Source of the DNA: an uncultured Acidobacteriaceae bacterium
GTDB lineage: Bacteria > Acidobacteriota > Terriglobia > Terriglobales > Acidobacteriaceae
NCBI GenBank assembly: GCA_963794545.1
Contig: CAWCEH010000007.1
Location: 946,196-1,010,195 of the forward strand
Direction: 5' to 3'
DNA length: 64,000 bases
Positions 40,520-50,075 of the stretch are shown in pieces. The notes beneath the pieces were generated by a model. The model was not told the origin of the DNA. It searched no databases and saw only the letters and a list, made by a program, of their open reading frames with translations. Numbering within the stretch: the stretch's first letter is position 1; every line of letters begins with the position of its first letter. The position numbers and the translations under genes were made by a program.

Positions 40520-40741
40520 GGCCAGATAGGAGAGGGCTGAGATGTTAGCACCGGCTATGGTGCAGTCAATGGCATCTAGGTGGCGTAGGTGCAGGAGGTC
40601 ACGGGATGTTTGAAAGGACGATCAATTTCCGTCGCAGTAATAACCCACAATAAGAATGCCCCGAGCCGGAAGGGCACTCCGGGCTGGCTTTGGTTAACCC
40701 GGCGTCGAGTCGCACATCCGAGTTTCACACTTCCGCGCCCC

Positions 40742-41575
40742 TCACGCCGTATGCTTGATCAACAGCACTTCATTCCCCACTTCGCTGTACATCAACTCGT
40801 CCACGATGCCCTGCGCCAGCAGGATGCCGTATCCCCCGGGACGCATGCCCAGTTCGTCCCGATGTTCGATATGGGCCGCGGGATCGTCGGGAGCGTTCGA
40901 CACTGCTGCGTGAGCGATGGCGTCGCGGCGGAAGCCTGCGCCCGGGTCGCGCACGTAGAAGACAATCGTGCGCTCGGTGCGCACCGCCGACACCTCTACC
41001 ACTTTGTGACGGTTGAACGCCGCGCCATGTTCCATCGCGTTCAGCAGAATCTCGCGAAAGGCCATCATCACATCGTCACGGGCCTGCTCCGGCAATTCCG
41101 AGCAGAGCTCGCGCAGGAAGCTCACCACGCGCTCAGCCGTTAACATGCGGCAGTTGGCTCGCAGCGAAACCCAGTGCGGCTGTGCCGACAAAACTTCGAT
41201 GTCGGTACGCCAGTCGGCATCAGAAACGGCCTCTGCCGCGAAGTTGGCAATCTCGTCGGCTTCGAACGGGGCGCCGATGCAGACGAAGACCCGGGCTTTC
41301 AGCGCCGCAATGACCTCTTCCGGCGTGGCATGTGGAGCCAGGACGATGGTCTTCACGCCGGGCCGGATTTCGCGCACCTCCTCGATCAGAGCCAGGTCTT
41401 CCTCGATGGTGGTTTCAGGATCGGTGATGAGCACGTCGAACGACTGCTGTCGCAAGCGCCGAATCGCGCCCGCCCCGCCGTGAGCGTTTTCATGTGGGCA
41501 ATTTTTGTCGCTAAGGGCTTGCATGATCGACCGGGTCGTCTCCGAGTCTTTGCCGATGAGAAGGACTTTGCTCAT
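40742..41575 (-). CDS. receiver domain fused to a GHKL/HATPase (SpoIIAB/RsbW-like anti-sigma kinase) domain
   Basis: GAGGAG Shine-Dalgarno. REC-like N-terminus (VLLIGKD...DVLITDPET...TIVLAPH). C-terminal ILLNAMEHGA, RDPGAGF and GGYGILL motifs. Confidence 0.7.
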   Translation of the reverse strand: MSKVLLIGKDSETTRSIMQALSDKNCPHENAHGGAGAIRRLRQQSFDVLITDPETTIEEDLALIEEVREIRPGVKTIVLAPHATPEEVIAALKARVFVCIGAPFEADEIANFAAEAVSDADWRTDIEVLSAQPHWVSLRANCRMLTAERVVSFLRELCSELPEQARDDVMMAFREILLNAMEHGAAFNRHKVVEVSAVRTERTIVFYVRDPGAGFRRDAIAHAAVSNAPDDPAAHIEHRDELGMRPGGYGILLAQGIVDELMYSEVGNEVLLIKHTA

Positions 41576-41659
41576 GGTTGGCTCCTCGTTCTGGCTTCCT
41601 ATGATAACGGCGGCCCATCCATAGGACGATGAATTCTCGTCGCAGTCAACAGCGGCAAG

Positions 41660-41693
41660 AAAAAGCCCCGGAGCAGGAGGTGCACTCCGGGGC
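41660..41693 (-). terminator. rho-independent terminator downstream of the GcvH-like gene
   Basis: On the minus strand, GCCCCGGAG-N11-CTCCGGGGC is followed by T5. Confidence 0.6.
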
Positions 41694-41716
41694 GTAGGTT
41701 TTACAAGCGCGAGAGG

Positions 41717-42394
41717 CTATGTCAAAAAGAACTCACGGGTGATCTTGGTCCACTGCTCGTCCGGCATGGTGCTGGCGAGATCGTCGATGGCGACTCCGCC
41801 GTCCTGCGCCAGGGCGCCGAGCGCGCTGGGCATGACCCGCTGCAGCCGCATCGAGGACTCTTCCGTCCACCACCGCGCCAGTGCGCCGCCGAGCAGGTTG
41901 CGGAAGTTGGTCTTCGCATCGGGAGATTGCACTGTGACCAGCCAGCCCTCACCGTAGGGATCCTTCGTCGCCAGCGACGGATCGTTGACCACCGCTTCGT
42001 TGATATCGGCTACGCTGCCTTCGATCGGGGAAACCATGTCAACTTTGACGCCGTTGCGGACGATACTCCATACCTTCTGTCCCTGACGAATCCACTGGCC
42101 GCGCTGCGGCAGCGTGATGTGCTCGACCTTGCCGGTCAGCTTGGACGCGAAGTCGTCGATGCCGATTCGCACCAGGTTTGGACTCTCGCTCTGCGCCCAG
42201 GTGTGTCCCGGATGATAGCGGAGATGGTCAGGAACTGAGAAGCCTCCCACTAGGCTGGGCCTCAAGCGCGCCGTGGCTGCATCCTGTTTCCGCATTGCCG
42301 GAGCCACCTGCAACACGGGGTGCTTCGCCTTCGAGTAAAAGAAATCAATAGTTAGGAAGATTGCGAACATCATGAGAACTAGAAGAACTGTCAT
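41717..42394 (-). CDS. membrane-anchored glycine-cleavage H-protein-like (lipoyl-domain fold) protein
   Basis: AGGAGG 5 nt before the ATG at 42394. One TM helix. GcvH-like core YHPGHTWA...VRIGIDDFA...VSPIEGSVADINEAVVNDPSLATKDPYGEGWL. Confidence 0.7.
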   Translation of the reverse strand: MTVLLVLMMFAIFLTIDFFYSKAKHPVLQVAPAMRKQDAATARLRPSLVGGFSVPDHLRYHPGHTWAQSESPNLVRIGIDDFASKLTGKVEHITLPQRGQWIRQGQKVWSIVRNGVKVDMVSPIEGSVADINEAVVNDPSLATKDPYGEGWLVTVQSPDAKTNFRNLLGGALARWWTEESSMRLQRVMPSALGALAQDGGVAIDDLASTMPDEQWTKITREFFLT

Positions 42395-42583
42395 AACCGC
42401 CTCCTGCCTCGCATCCGAGGGCTTCTTGCTCTGCCAGCGCTTGGCTGCGTCGCGCTTGACACTTTTCTTAAGGCATTCGGCGTACCAAACCAGCAGGTGA
42501 GGAAAATACTTGCTGTGAGCGCGCACAAGTTACGACGATTGTGTGGGTTGTGCAGTCCTGTTGCGAATCTCCTCAATCACTGC

Positions 42584-42756
42584 GTTGCATTCTTCAACGA
42601 CGTCATTCGTTGCATTCTGCAACTGGAAATACGGCGAATGCTAGCTTTACCAAACCATCCCGGTCTGTATGACCGGCGAAACCAATGAGTTAGCTTGCAT
42701 CGGAGACGGGTAAGGCAGGATGTTGCAATTTTCATCGCGGTGATGCACTCTGCAAC
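42584..42756. promoter_or_regulatory. four copies of a 15-bp palindromic motif GTTGCA-N3-TGCAAC upstream of the GcvH-like gene
   Basis: 42584-42598 GTTGCAttcTTCAAC, 42609-42623 GTTGCAttcTGCAAC (perfect), 42722-42736 GTTGCAattTTCATC, 42742-42756 GATGCActcTGCAAC. They form two pairs with 25-bp and 20-bp centre spacing. Confidence 0.4.
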
Positions 42757-42919
42757 ACCACAGCGGAGAAAAACAGCGGTCGTGAAGGGAGGCAGGAAGA
42801 ATTATTTTCGGGAACCTGGATAGGAATCGCCTGAAGTGGGGGCTGGATCAGGTTGGGCGCAAAGCTGAAGTCGACACGCCACTGCGAAATAAGGCCGTGG
42901 AAACCAACTCTCCCATCTC

Positions 42920-43582
42920 CTATTGCGCGGCGCTACCTTTCACCACGATTCCGAGTCTTTCAGTCGCGCTAGCACCAGAGGAGGGAACGGCCACCGTGAA
43001 TACCACCACTCCCTGCGCCTCTCCTGTGACGCTCCCCGGATCGCCCGCTGTGTCCAGCGCGATTACCGCCGGATGATTCGTGCCAGTCGTTCTGGCGCTG
43101 AGTGCAACCAGCTTTTTGTAGAGATACCTCTGCTCCGGATTTGGATCGCTAGCGACGGGAATAGCCAAGAGGAAATCAGGATTAGGCGCAACCCCCATAT
43201 GATTGCCGTCCTGCGGCAGCAGTTGATAGCGCAGGGTATATACTCCGGCCGGAATTGCCTGGCCACGAAAATCGGTCATGCCCTTCGGCAGGTTGACCAC
43301 GCCAACGAACTCTCCATTCGCCAATTCAGGATAAAGCGCTCCGGGAACATTCTTTGCAGCACTCTCAAGGTGTTTCGCAAACCAGAATTCCGCGGTCCAA
43401 CCGCCCTCAAGGGTTATGCGGTATCCCTTTTCTTCAACCGCTTGCTTCAGCGCGTCGGAAGCCGCAGGCGCAGTCAAGGCGCCGATCCGCTCAACCTGCG
43501 CCGCAACGGCGAAAGCAGCAGTCACAACCCAAAACAGCGCGCTCCAAATCAGCAATCGGCAACGCCATGTTTGTTTAGCCAT
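42920..43582 (-). CDS. secreted hypothetical protein
   Basis: ATG ORF with an N-terminal signal/TM (LLIWSALFWVVTAAFAVAAQ). No recognised domain. Confidence 0.55.
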   Translation of the reverse strand: MAKQTWRCRLLIWSALFWVVTAAFAVAAQVERIGALTAPAASDALKQAVEEKGYRITLEGGWTAEFWFAKHLESAAKNVPGALYPELANGEFVGVVNLPKGMTDFRGQAIPAGVYTLRYQLLPQDGNHMGVAPNPDFLLAIPVASDPNPEQRYLYKKLVALSARTTGTNHPAVIALDTAGDPGSVTGEAQGVVVFTVAVPSSGASATERLGIVVKGSAAQ

Positions 43583-43712
43583 GCTTCGATTCTAAGCTCG
43601 AAGCCAAGTCCAAGGCACGTCGCAGACGCCTTCGCAATCCCTACCCGCGTTTTCCTATATTTTCCCCCAGATCAGGACTTGCGGCTTTAGGCTGTCGATT
43701 ACGCCGGCACAT

Positions 43713-43737
43713 AAAAAGGAGGGCGCTTCCGCCCTCC
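43713..43737 (-). terminator. rho-independent terminator after the TIGR03118-like gene
   Basis: On the minus strand, GGAGGGCG-GAAG-CGCCCTCC is followed by T5. Confidence 0.65.
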
Positions 43738-43762
43738 TCGGTTGGTGGGTTCACGGATTTAA

Positions 43763-44887
43763 CTACCTTTTGCGACTGAGGTTCTGTCCTGCACTGACAC
43801 TGCAGCACGTAATGCTTCCGAAGATGCCGTGAGCTTCTTCGAAGGCTCCGGCTGTGAAGTACAGCGTTGTGGTCGGGCCCGAGCCCGAGCCGTTGCCGAA
43901 TCCCAGCCCCCACAGACTCTCGATCTGCAACTGCAGTACGGCAGGATTAAGTAGCAACCCAACAAACTGGCCGCTTGGGGTGTAGGCGAGGATCGCGCCA
44001 CTACCGAACTGTCCGACCAGAATATCGCCGCTGAACCCGCCAAAGCCCGTCGCCGGAGCGACTACTACGGCCCATGGAGAGTTCAGGTAGATGAGATGGG
44101 GAAGCCGCTGGAGCAGATTGCCTGACGTATCGAAGATGTCGATGTAGCCATTTCCCGGACCCCGCACGTCATCATGCTTGTCGGCATCCTGTTTGGCGAA
44201 GGTCACCGCCAGGTTCCCATTCCCGATATTGACAACGTTGAAGGGGGCAAAGCCGGTTGGGATCGTGCTGTCTGTGAACGCGCCGGCTCCAAAAGAGTGC
44301 GGGGCAAAGGTCCCGTCGAACACATCGACCGAATTATTTCTGAAGTTAGCCGCGTACAGGTAGTTGGCGCCTCCCGCTGATGCCAGTGCAAGTCCCTTGT
44401 ACACGGCACCAGGGAAGTTGTTGACCTCAATCACTGCCATGGTCGGCTGGACGTTGTGGTTCCATCCTTGAATGGTTCCATCTTCGGTCGCCCACATAAA
44501 AACAGCGGGATTGCCAGGGCTCAATTGGAAGTCACTCGTACTGTTAAGGACAATTCCCGTCGGGTTTCCGCCGGGCGTGCCGTCCCATTGTGGAATGGAG
44601 ACGACTAGCGACTTAGGACTTCCTGTGCCGTCGTAGAGTGTGGAGAGTCCGGTACCATTGTCAGAAACCCACCACGGTGAGCTTGAGCTTGCAACCAATC
44701 CCCAGGGATTGACCAAGTTTGTGTCATTGAAGGTGCCGACATTGGGGATGTCGGAGGTAAGGTTCGTTGGAGTGGCCTTCTGGGCGGCCGCCGGTAAGCT
44801 GACCAGGGAAAGCGTTACCAACACGAGCGCCGCAATTAGGACCAGCCGGGATGCGTTTGGCCCACTGAATTTCTGTAACCTGAGCAT
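43763..44887 (-). CDS. TIGR03118-like secreted beta-propeller protein
   Basis: Signal peptide, then NLTSDIP...DTNLVNPWGLV...SPWWVSDNGTGLSTLYDG, which matches my memory of the TIGR03118 family N-terminus. Confidence 0.65.
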   Translation of the reverse strand: MLRLQKFSGPNASRLVLIAALVLVTLSLVSLPAAAQKATPTNLTSDIPNVGTFNDTNLVNPWGLVASSSSPWWVSDNGTGLSTLYDGTGSPKSLVVSIPQWDGTPGGNPTGIVLNSTSDFQLSPGNPAVFMWATEDGTIQGWNHNVQPTMAVIEVNNFPGAVYKGLALASAGGANYLYAANFRNNSVDVFDGTFAPHSFGAGAFTDSTIPTGFAPFNVVNIGNGNLAVTFAKQDADKHDDVRGPGNGYIDIFDTSGNLLQRLPHLIYLNSPWAVVVAPATGFGGFSGDILVGQFGSGAILAYTPSGQFVGLLLNPAVLQLQIESLWGLGFGNGSGSGPTTTLYFTAGAFEEAHGIFGSITCCSVSAGQNLSRKR

Positions 44888-45071
44888 TGTTCCTCCATCA
44901 ATTTCAGAATTGAGAATTTACTTCTGGCAACATGGAGTCCCATGAATCCTTGTCGCCACGAGTCTTCTGCAATCTAACGAGTGCCGGAGGAGCAGTTGTC
45001 TTGATTAGGTAAACACCTTGTCAAAGTTTGGTGACATAGTCTGGCGCGGGCGGCCCGATCCGATGCGAAGG

Positions 45072-45089
45072 TTGTCACAGAATTGTCAA
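45072..45089. promoter_or_regulatory. TTGTCA(C/A) direct repeats with 11-bp phasing upstream of the OmpR-type regulator
   Basis: TTGTCAC at 45072 and TTGTCAA at 45083. Related half-sites at 45018 (TTGTCAA) and 45097 (TTGACTGTCA). Confidence 0.3.
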
Positions 45090-45155
45090 CATGCCATTGA
45101 CTGTCAGTTCAATTGTGTTATTAGCTGTAGGTCAGACATTGTATGGAACCGAGCG

Positions 45156-45836
45156 ATGGATAAGATCCTGGTAATCGAAGACGATTTGGCAGTTCAGCGG
45201 GCCTTGCGGCGAACCTTCGAGTCCGCGGGCTTTGAGGTGTCGGTCGCTGCCGACGGAGCAGTGGCCATGGAAACCTTCCGCGCAACCATGCCGCGGATCG
45301 TCATCCTTGATTTGCGGCTGCCAGGAAAATCTGGTCAGGATATCTGTCGCGAAATCAAGCAGGAATTCTCCAATGTGCCCATCCTGGTGTTGAGTGCTGC
45401 CAGCGATGTGCTGGATAAAGTCCTGCTGCTGGAAATCGGCGCGGATGACTATGTCACCAAGCCTTTCAGCCCCCGCGAATTGCTGGCGCGTGTGCGCGCG
45501 GCATTGCGTCGTTTGAACCAGGCTTCCGACAAGTCCGAAACCTTCAGCTTCGATGATGTGGAAGTTAACTTTTCGAAGATGGAACTGCACCGTGCCGGCC
45601 AGTCGATTGCTCTCACTCCGCAAGAGTTCAAGATGCTGCGCTTCTTCCTCAACCACCAGGAGCGGGTAGTTTCGCGTACCGAATTGCTCAATGAAGTGTG
45701 GGGTTACAACAACTATCCGACGACGCGCACGGTTGATACCCACATACTTCGCTTGCGGCAGAAGCTGGAAAAGGACCCTGCCGATCCAGTGCATTTTCGT
45801 ACTGTCCATGGAACGGGCTACAAGTTCGTTCGGTAA
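45156..45836 (+). CDS. OmpR/PhoB-family response regulator
   Basis: MDKILVIEDD...ILDLRLPG... receiver, and a winged-helix C-terminus (LTPQEFKMLRFF...VHGTGYKF). The track ORF is over-extended from TTG 45018. Confidence 0.9.
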   Translation: MDKILVIEDDLAVQRALRRTFESAGFEVSVAADGAVAMETFRATMPRIVILDLRLPGKSGQDICREIKQEFSNVPILVLSAASDVLDKVLLLEIGADDYVTKPFSPRELLARVRAALRRLNQASDKSETFSFDDVEVNFSKMELHRAGQSIALTPQEFKMLRFFLNHQERVVSRTELLNEVWGYNNYPTTRTVDTHILRLRQKLEKDPADPVHFRTVHGTGYKFVR

Positions 45837-45859
45837 TCGGAGCGGAGAGGAGATTGGCG

Positions 45860-47641
45860 ATGGGTCGGGTGCGGTTGCGGACCAAGTTCCTGGTCGCCAT
45901 GCTGCTGACCTCCGCGGGATTGACTGCGGTCTCTCTGCTGATTGTGCAGCGTACGGTGGAGAACCAAGTCCGGCGCGATCTCGGTAACGACCTGGCCAAC
46001 TCTGTCGAAACTTTCCGCAATGCACAAAAGGACCGCGAGGCTGTCCTGGCGCGTTCCGCCAAGCTGATGGCCGACCTGCCCAGCCTGAAGGCACTCATGA
46101 CATCCCGTCATCCGCCGACTATCCAGGATGCATCGGGTGAAATGTTCCGTCTTTCCGGCGGCGACCTGTTTGCCCTGCTCGATCCTTCGGGGCAGTTTGT
46201 AGGATTTCACACCAAGGCGCCCGGTATTACTCGCGAGCAAGCCCAGCAACTCCTGGAACATCGAAACTCCCTCGACCAACCATTGCAATGGTGGTTTGCC
46301 GGCGGGCATCTCTATGAGGTCGTGTTGGCTCCCATTTACTTCGGGCCCAGCAGCGACAATTCCCTGCTCGGGGTAGTCGCAGTCGGTGATGAGATGAACG
46401 CCGCCGTTGCCCGCCAGGTAAGCCAGATCGCGGCCAGCCAAGTGACCATCGTTTGCGGCTCCACGGTTGTCGTAAGCACTCTTAATGCCGATCAGAGAAG
46501 CGAGGTCAACGCCTATCTGAAAGGCCAAACCATCCCGCGAGGCCCTATCGATTGGAAGCTTGGCGGAGAAAGTTTCGTGGCTTCGTCACTCGCGTTGGAT
46601 CCCGACGAGGCGCCGCCCGTCACCATGCTTGTGATGAAGTCGTACGACGAAGCTACTGCATTTCTTAACCATCTGCGGCGTCTGTTGCTGGCGGTGGGAC
46701 TGGGTGCGGTGTTTGTCGGGAGCATGCTGGTATATATCACGGCCAGAACCTTCACGCGTCCGCTGGAGGAATTAGTGGACGGGGTGCGGGCCTTGGGCAA
46801 AGGAGACTTTCGTTATCCGGTACAGGCTCGCGGTGCGAGTGAGATCGAAGAACTTACGAATGCGTTCTCAGGCATGCGGGAGAGCCTGCATCAAGCACAG
46901 CAGCGGCTGCTCGAGGCCGAGCGACTGGCAACCATTGGCCGGATGGCCAGTTCGATTTCGCATGACTTGCGCCATCCACTGACCGCAGTCCTGGCCAATG
47001 CGGAGTTTCTGGCCGATGCCGATCTGGATCCGCAACAGCGGGAAGAGCTTTATCTGGAGATCCGCATTGCAGTGAACCGGCTGACCGATTTGGTCGATTC
47101 GCTCCTGGAGTTGTCACGTCCCGCCGATTCATTAAATCTGGTTGAAGGTCCTATCGAGCGGACCATCAGCCGTGCCATCGAACTGGTGCGGGCGCATCCC
47201 CAATTCCACAAGATCCTGGTCAGCATTGAATCGGCCGGGCTGCACAGCGCGCAATTCGATCCCCGCAAAATGGAGCGCGTCTTCTACAACCTGCTGTTGA
47301 ATGGCTGCCAGGCAGCGCAGATTTGTGGCGGCCATGTCGCGGTGCATGTGGCTGAGGTCAATGGGAGCCTGGAAATTCGCACCACTGACGATGGCCCGGG
47401 GGTGGAATCCTCCCTTCGCGACAAGCTGTTTCAGCCATTTGTCAGCCATGGCAAGGAAAACGGCACAGGGTTGGGTCTCACGATCGCACAGAAGATCGTG
47501 CAGGACCATGACGGCACCTTACAACTGGAGAGCTCGGTACCAGGGCGCACGGTAATGCAGATCGTGCTCCCGCGGGTATGCAAGAAGATCGTCACGTGGA
47601 ACGGCCGGACAGCAGATGCCTCTCAACCGTTCACTGCTTAA
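45860..47641 (+). CDS. membrane sensor histidine kinase (periplasmic domain, HAMP, HisKA, HATPase)
   Basis: GGAGAGGAG before the ATG at 45860. Two TM helices. H-box SSISHDLRHPLT. G-boxes DDGPGV and GTGLGLTIAQ. Confidence 0.85.
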   Translation: MGRVRLRTKFLVAMLLTSAGLTAVSLLIVQRTVENQVRRDLGNDLANSVETFRNAQKDREAVLARSAKLMADLPSLKALMTSRHPPTIQDASGEMFRLSGGDLFALLDPSGQFVGFHTKAPGITREQAQQLLEHRNSLDQPLQWWFAGGHLYEVVLAPIYFGPSSDNSLLGVVAVGDEMNAAVARQVSQIAASQVTIVCGSTVVVSTLNADQRSEVNAYLKGQTIPRGPIDWKLGGESFVASSLALDPDEAPPVTMLVMKSYDEATAFLNHLRRLLLAVGLGAVFVGSMLVYITARTFTRPLEELVDGVRALGKGDFRYPVQARGASEIEELTNAFSGMRESLHQAQQRLLEAERLATIGRMASSISHDLRHPLTAVLANAEFLADADLDPQQREELYLEIRIAVNRLTDLVDSLLELSRPADSLNLVEGPIERTISRAIELVRAHPQFHKILVSIESAGLHSAQFDPRKMERVFYNLLLNGCQAAQICGGHVAVHVAEVNGSLEIRTTDDGPGVESSLRDKLFQPFVSHGKENGTGLGLTIAQKIVQDHDGTLQLESSVPGRTVMQIVLPRVCKKIVTWNGRTADASQPFTA

Positions 47642-47703
47642 ACATGCGGGCCACACCCCGCAATTGTCCAAGGCCCTCACAAATCGTTGCGCAGAGGTGC
47701 GAC

Positions 47704-49284
47704 ATGAAATTCACCAGCTATTCCCAAGTTTCGCGTCCGGCGCTGCTGATAGCCTTTGCGTTGGCAGTGGCTGCGCCAGGTTCTGCCCAGACAGCTCAGT
47801 CCAACGCTCCCGCTGCGGGTAATGTCAGCGTGAATGCTTCCCTGGTCGAACTTCAATCCCAAGTCCGTGAATTGAAGGAAATGGTCCTGCAACTGCAACA
47901 GCAGACCACGGCAAGCCGGGCGGAGATCTCCAATCTGCGACAGGAACTCGCAGCACAACGAAGCGCAAGCAACACCGTTACCAGCGCTGAGTCCGCGCTT
48001 GACGAGCCATCGCCGGCAGTTTCTTCGTCGACCACCGCCCAATTGGAGCATCGCGTGGACCAGCTTGCCGAAGATCAGCAACTGGTCTCCGACAAGGTGA
48101 ACGAGCAATATCAGACGAAGCTGGAGAGCGCTTCGAAATACCGGGTGCGCTTTTCGGGCATCGTGCTCTTCAATTTATTTGGCAATAGCGGCTATCCGGA
48201 CAATCAGGACGTTCCCACTTGGGTCTTGAGACCGGACCCCATGGACTCGCCGGGCTCGGTGGGAGGCACGCTCCGGCAATCGATTCTCGGGCTCGAGGTC
48301 TTTGGGCCAGACATCTTTGGGGCGCATTCCAGCGGCAACGTCAGCCTTGATTTTGGAGGCGGATTTCCCGCCACCTACAACGGTGTGAACTCGGGCCTGG
48401 TGCGATTGCGTACGGCGGCCGTTCGTCTGGATTGGAAGGACACATCCGTGGTTGCCGGCCAGGACGGCTTGTTTATTTCACCGCAAGCTCCAACTTCGTT
48501 CGCGTCCCTGATCGTTCCTGCACTTACGTACTCAGGCAATCTCTGGGCATGGACTCCACAATTGCGAGTCGAGCACCGCTTCGAGTTTTCCAACCACTCC
48601 ACCGTAACCCTGCAAGGAGGGGTGCTTGATCCGCTGACCGGGGAGCCGCCCAATGATGTCAACTACGTCTGGTACCGGGCCCCCGATGCCGGGGAAGAAT
48701 CGCGCCAACCGGCGTTCGCGGCGCGGGTTGCCTACTCGCATCCATTATTGGGTCGAACCTTCACGGTTGGTGCCGGAGGCTATTACAGCCGCGAATACTG
48801 GGGCTTCAACCGTAGCGTTAATGGATATGCGGCCACGGCAGACTGGAACCTACCGCTAAACCGTTGGTTCACGCTAAGCGGCTTCTTCTATCGCGGACAA
48901 GCGATCGGCGGACTCGGCGCCGCCCTCAGCCGCAGCGTCGTCTTCAATGGGCCACTCACCGATCCCAATACGACCGTCCTTCCGCTGAATTCCGTCGGCG
49001 GCTGGGCCCAGTTGAAATACCAGCCCTTGCCGAAACTCGAGTTCAATGCCGCATTCGGACAGGACAATCCTTTTGCGGCAGACATTCGCTATTTCGGCGG
49101 CCAGTCCGAGAGCTATGCCAATCCGTTCTTGACCCGTAACCGGGCTGGGTTTGGCAACGTCATTTATCGTCCGCGCTCAGACTTACTGTTGTCTCTGGAG
49201 TATCGCCGCTTGACGACCTTCTCCATCTACAATCACAGTTACGACGCCGGGCAACTGAACATGGCGATGGGAATACTTTTCTAA
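47704..49284 (+). CDS. outer-membrane beta-barrel protein with an N-terminal coiled coil
   Basis: Signal peptide ending AVAAPGSAQ. Heptad region (LVELQSQVRELKEMVLQLQQQ). Alternating beta-strand pattern. C-terminal ...MAMGILF with a terminal Phe. Confidence 0.55.
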   Translation: MKFTSYSQVSRPALLIAFALAVAAPGSAQTAQSNAPAAGNVSVNASLVELQSQVRELKEMVLQLQQQTTASRAEISNLRQELAAQRSASNTVTSAESALDEPSPAVSSSTTAQLEHRVDQLAEDQQLVSDKVNEQYQTKLESASKYRVRFSGIVLFNLFGNSGYPDNQDVPTWVLRPDPMDSPGSVGGTLRQSILGLEVFGPDIFGAHSSGNVSLDFGGGFPATYNGVNSGLVRLRTAAVRLDWKDTSVVAGQDGLFISPQAPTSFASLIVPALTYSGNLWAWTPQLRVEHRFEFSNHSTVTLQGGVLDPLTGEPPNDVNYVWYRAPDAGEESRQPAFAARVAYSHPLLGRTFTVGAGGYYSREYWGFNRSVNGYAATADWNLPLNRWFTLSGFFYRGQAIGGLGAALSRSVVFNGPLTDPNTTVLPLNSVGGWAQLKYQPLPKLEFNAAFGQDNPFAADIRYFGGQSESYANPFLTRNRAGFGNVIYRPRSDLLLSLEYRRLTTFSIYNHSYDAGQLNMAMGILF

Positions 49285-49292
49285 GCAGAACC

Positions 49293-50018
49293 ATGCGAGC
49301 CGGGAGAAAATTCGCGGTGTTCTTGAGTGTCGCGCTAGCGCTCTGCGCGACCGCAAGCCTGTGGTCTGCCGACGGCAGCGTCTCCGGCCGGGTTGTGGCC
49401 GAAGGAGGCGCCAACTTGTCTCCTGCAAGCTCCACCGTGGTATGGCTTGCCCCGATCGGCGTCGCGCCGGGCGACCCCAGTGTCGTTCCTCCGATGCATG
49501 CCGTGCTGCAACAAAAGAACAAAGCGTTCGAGCCGCACCTGCTGGTCGTTACTAAGGGCTCAACTGTAGATTTTCCAAACCGCGATCCCTGGTTTCACAA
49601 TGTGTTTTCCTTGTTCAACGGTAAGCGTTTCGATCTCGGACTCTACGAAGCAGGAACCAGCCGCACAGTTCACTTCGACCGCGAAGGAGTGTCCTACATC
49701 TTCTGTAACATTCATCCGGAAATGAGTGCGGTGGTGGTTGTGTTGTCCAGCCCATACTTCGCGGTCCCCAACAAACAAGGTGACTTCTCGATCGCCTCCG
49801 TACCGGCCGGGCGCTACATGCTGCACGTCTGGAATGAGAATGCGCTGCCCGCCACGCTCCAGGCGCTGTCGCACGAGGTGATGGTGAGCGACGCTTCTCG
49901 CTCGGTGGGACTGATCCACGTGCGGGTCACACTAGCTGCCTCTACGCCACACAAAAACAAGTACGGCCAGGACTACGAGCCGCCCTCTCCCAACAATCCT
50001 ATCTACGTCCAGCCGTGA
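49293..50018 (+). CDS. cupredoxin-like (type-1 copper ligand pattern) protein with a carboxypeptidase-regulatory-like domain
   Basis: Signal peptide. H (WFHNVFS) plus C-x2-H-x2-M (FCNIHPEM) ligand spacing. Followed by GDFSIASVPAGRYMLHVW. Confidence 0.5.
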   Translation: MRAGRKFAVFLSVALALCATASLWSADGSVSGRVVAEGGANLSPASSTVVWLAPIGVAPGDPSVVPPMHAVLQQKNKAFEPHLLVVTKGSTVDFPNRDPWFHNVFSLFNGKRFDLGLYEAGTSRTVHFDREGVSYIFCNIHPEMSAVVVVLSSPYFAVPNKQGDFSIASVPAGRYMLHVWNENALPATLQALSHEVMVSDASRSVGLIHVRVTLAASTPHKNKYGQDYEPPSPNNPIYVQP

Positions 50019-50075
50019 CCACGGCGGGGATTGGGTACCCCCCCGCCTCACAGCATCTTTGTTTTCAATATTTTG

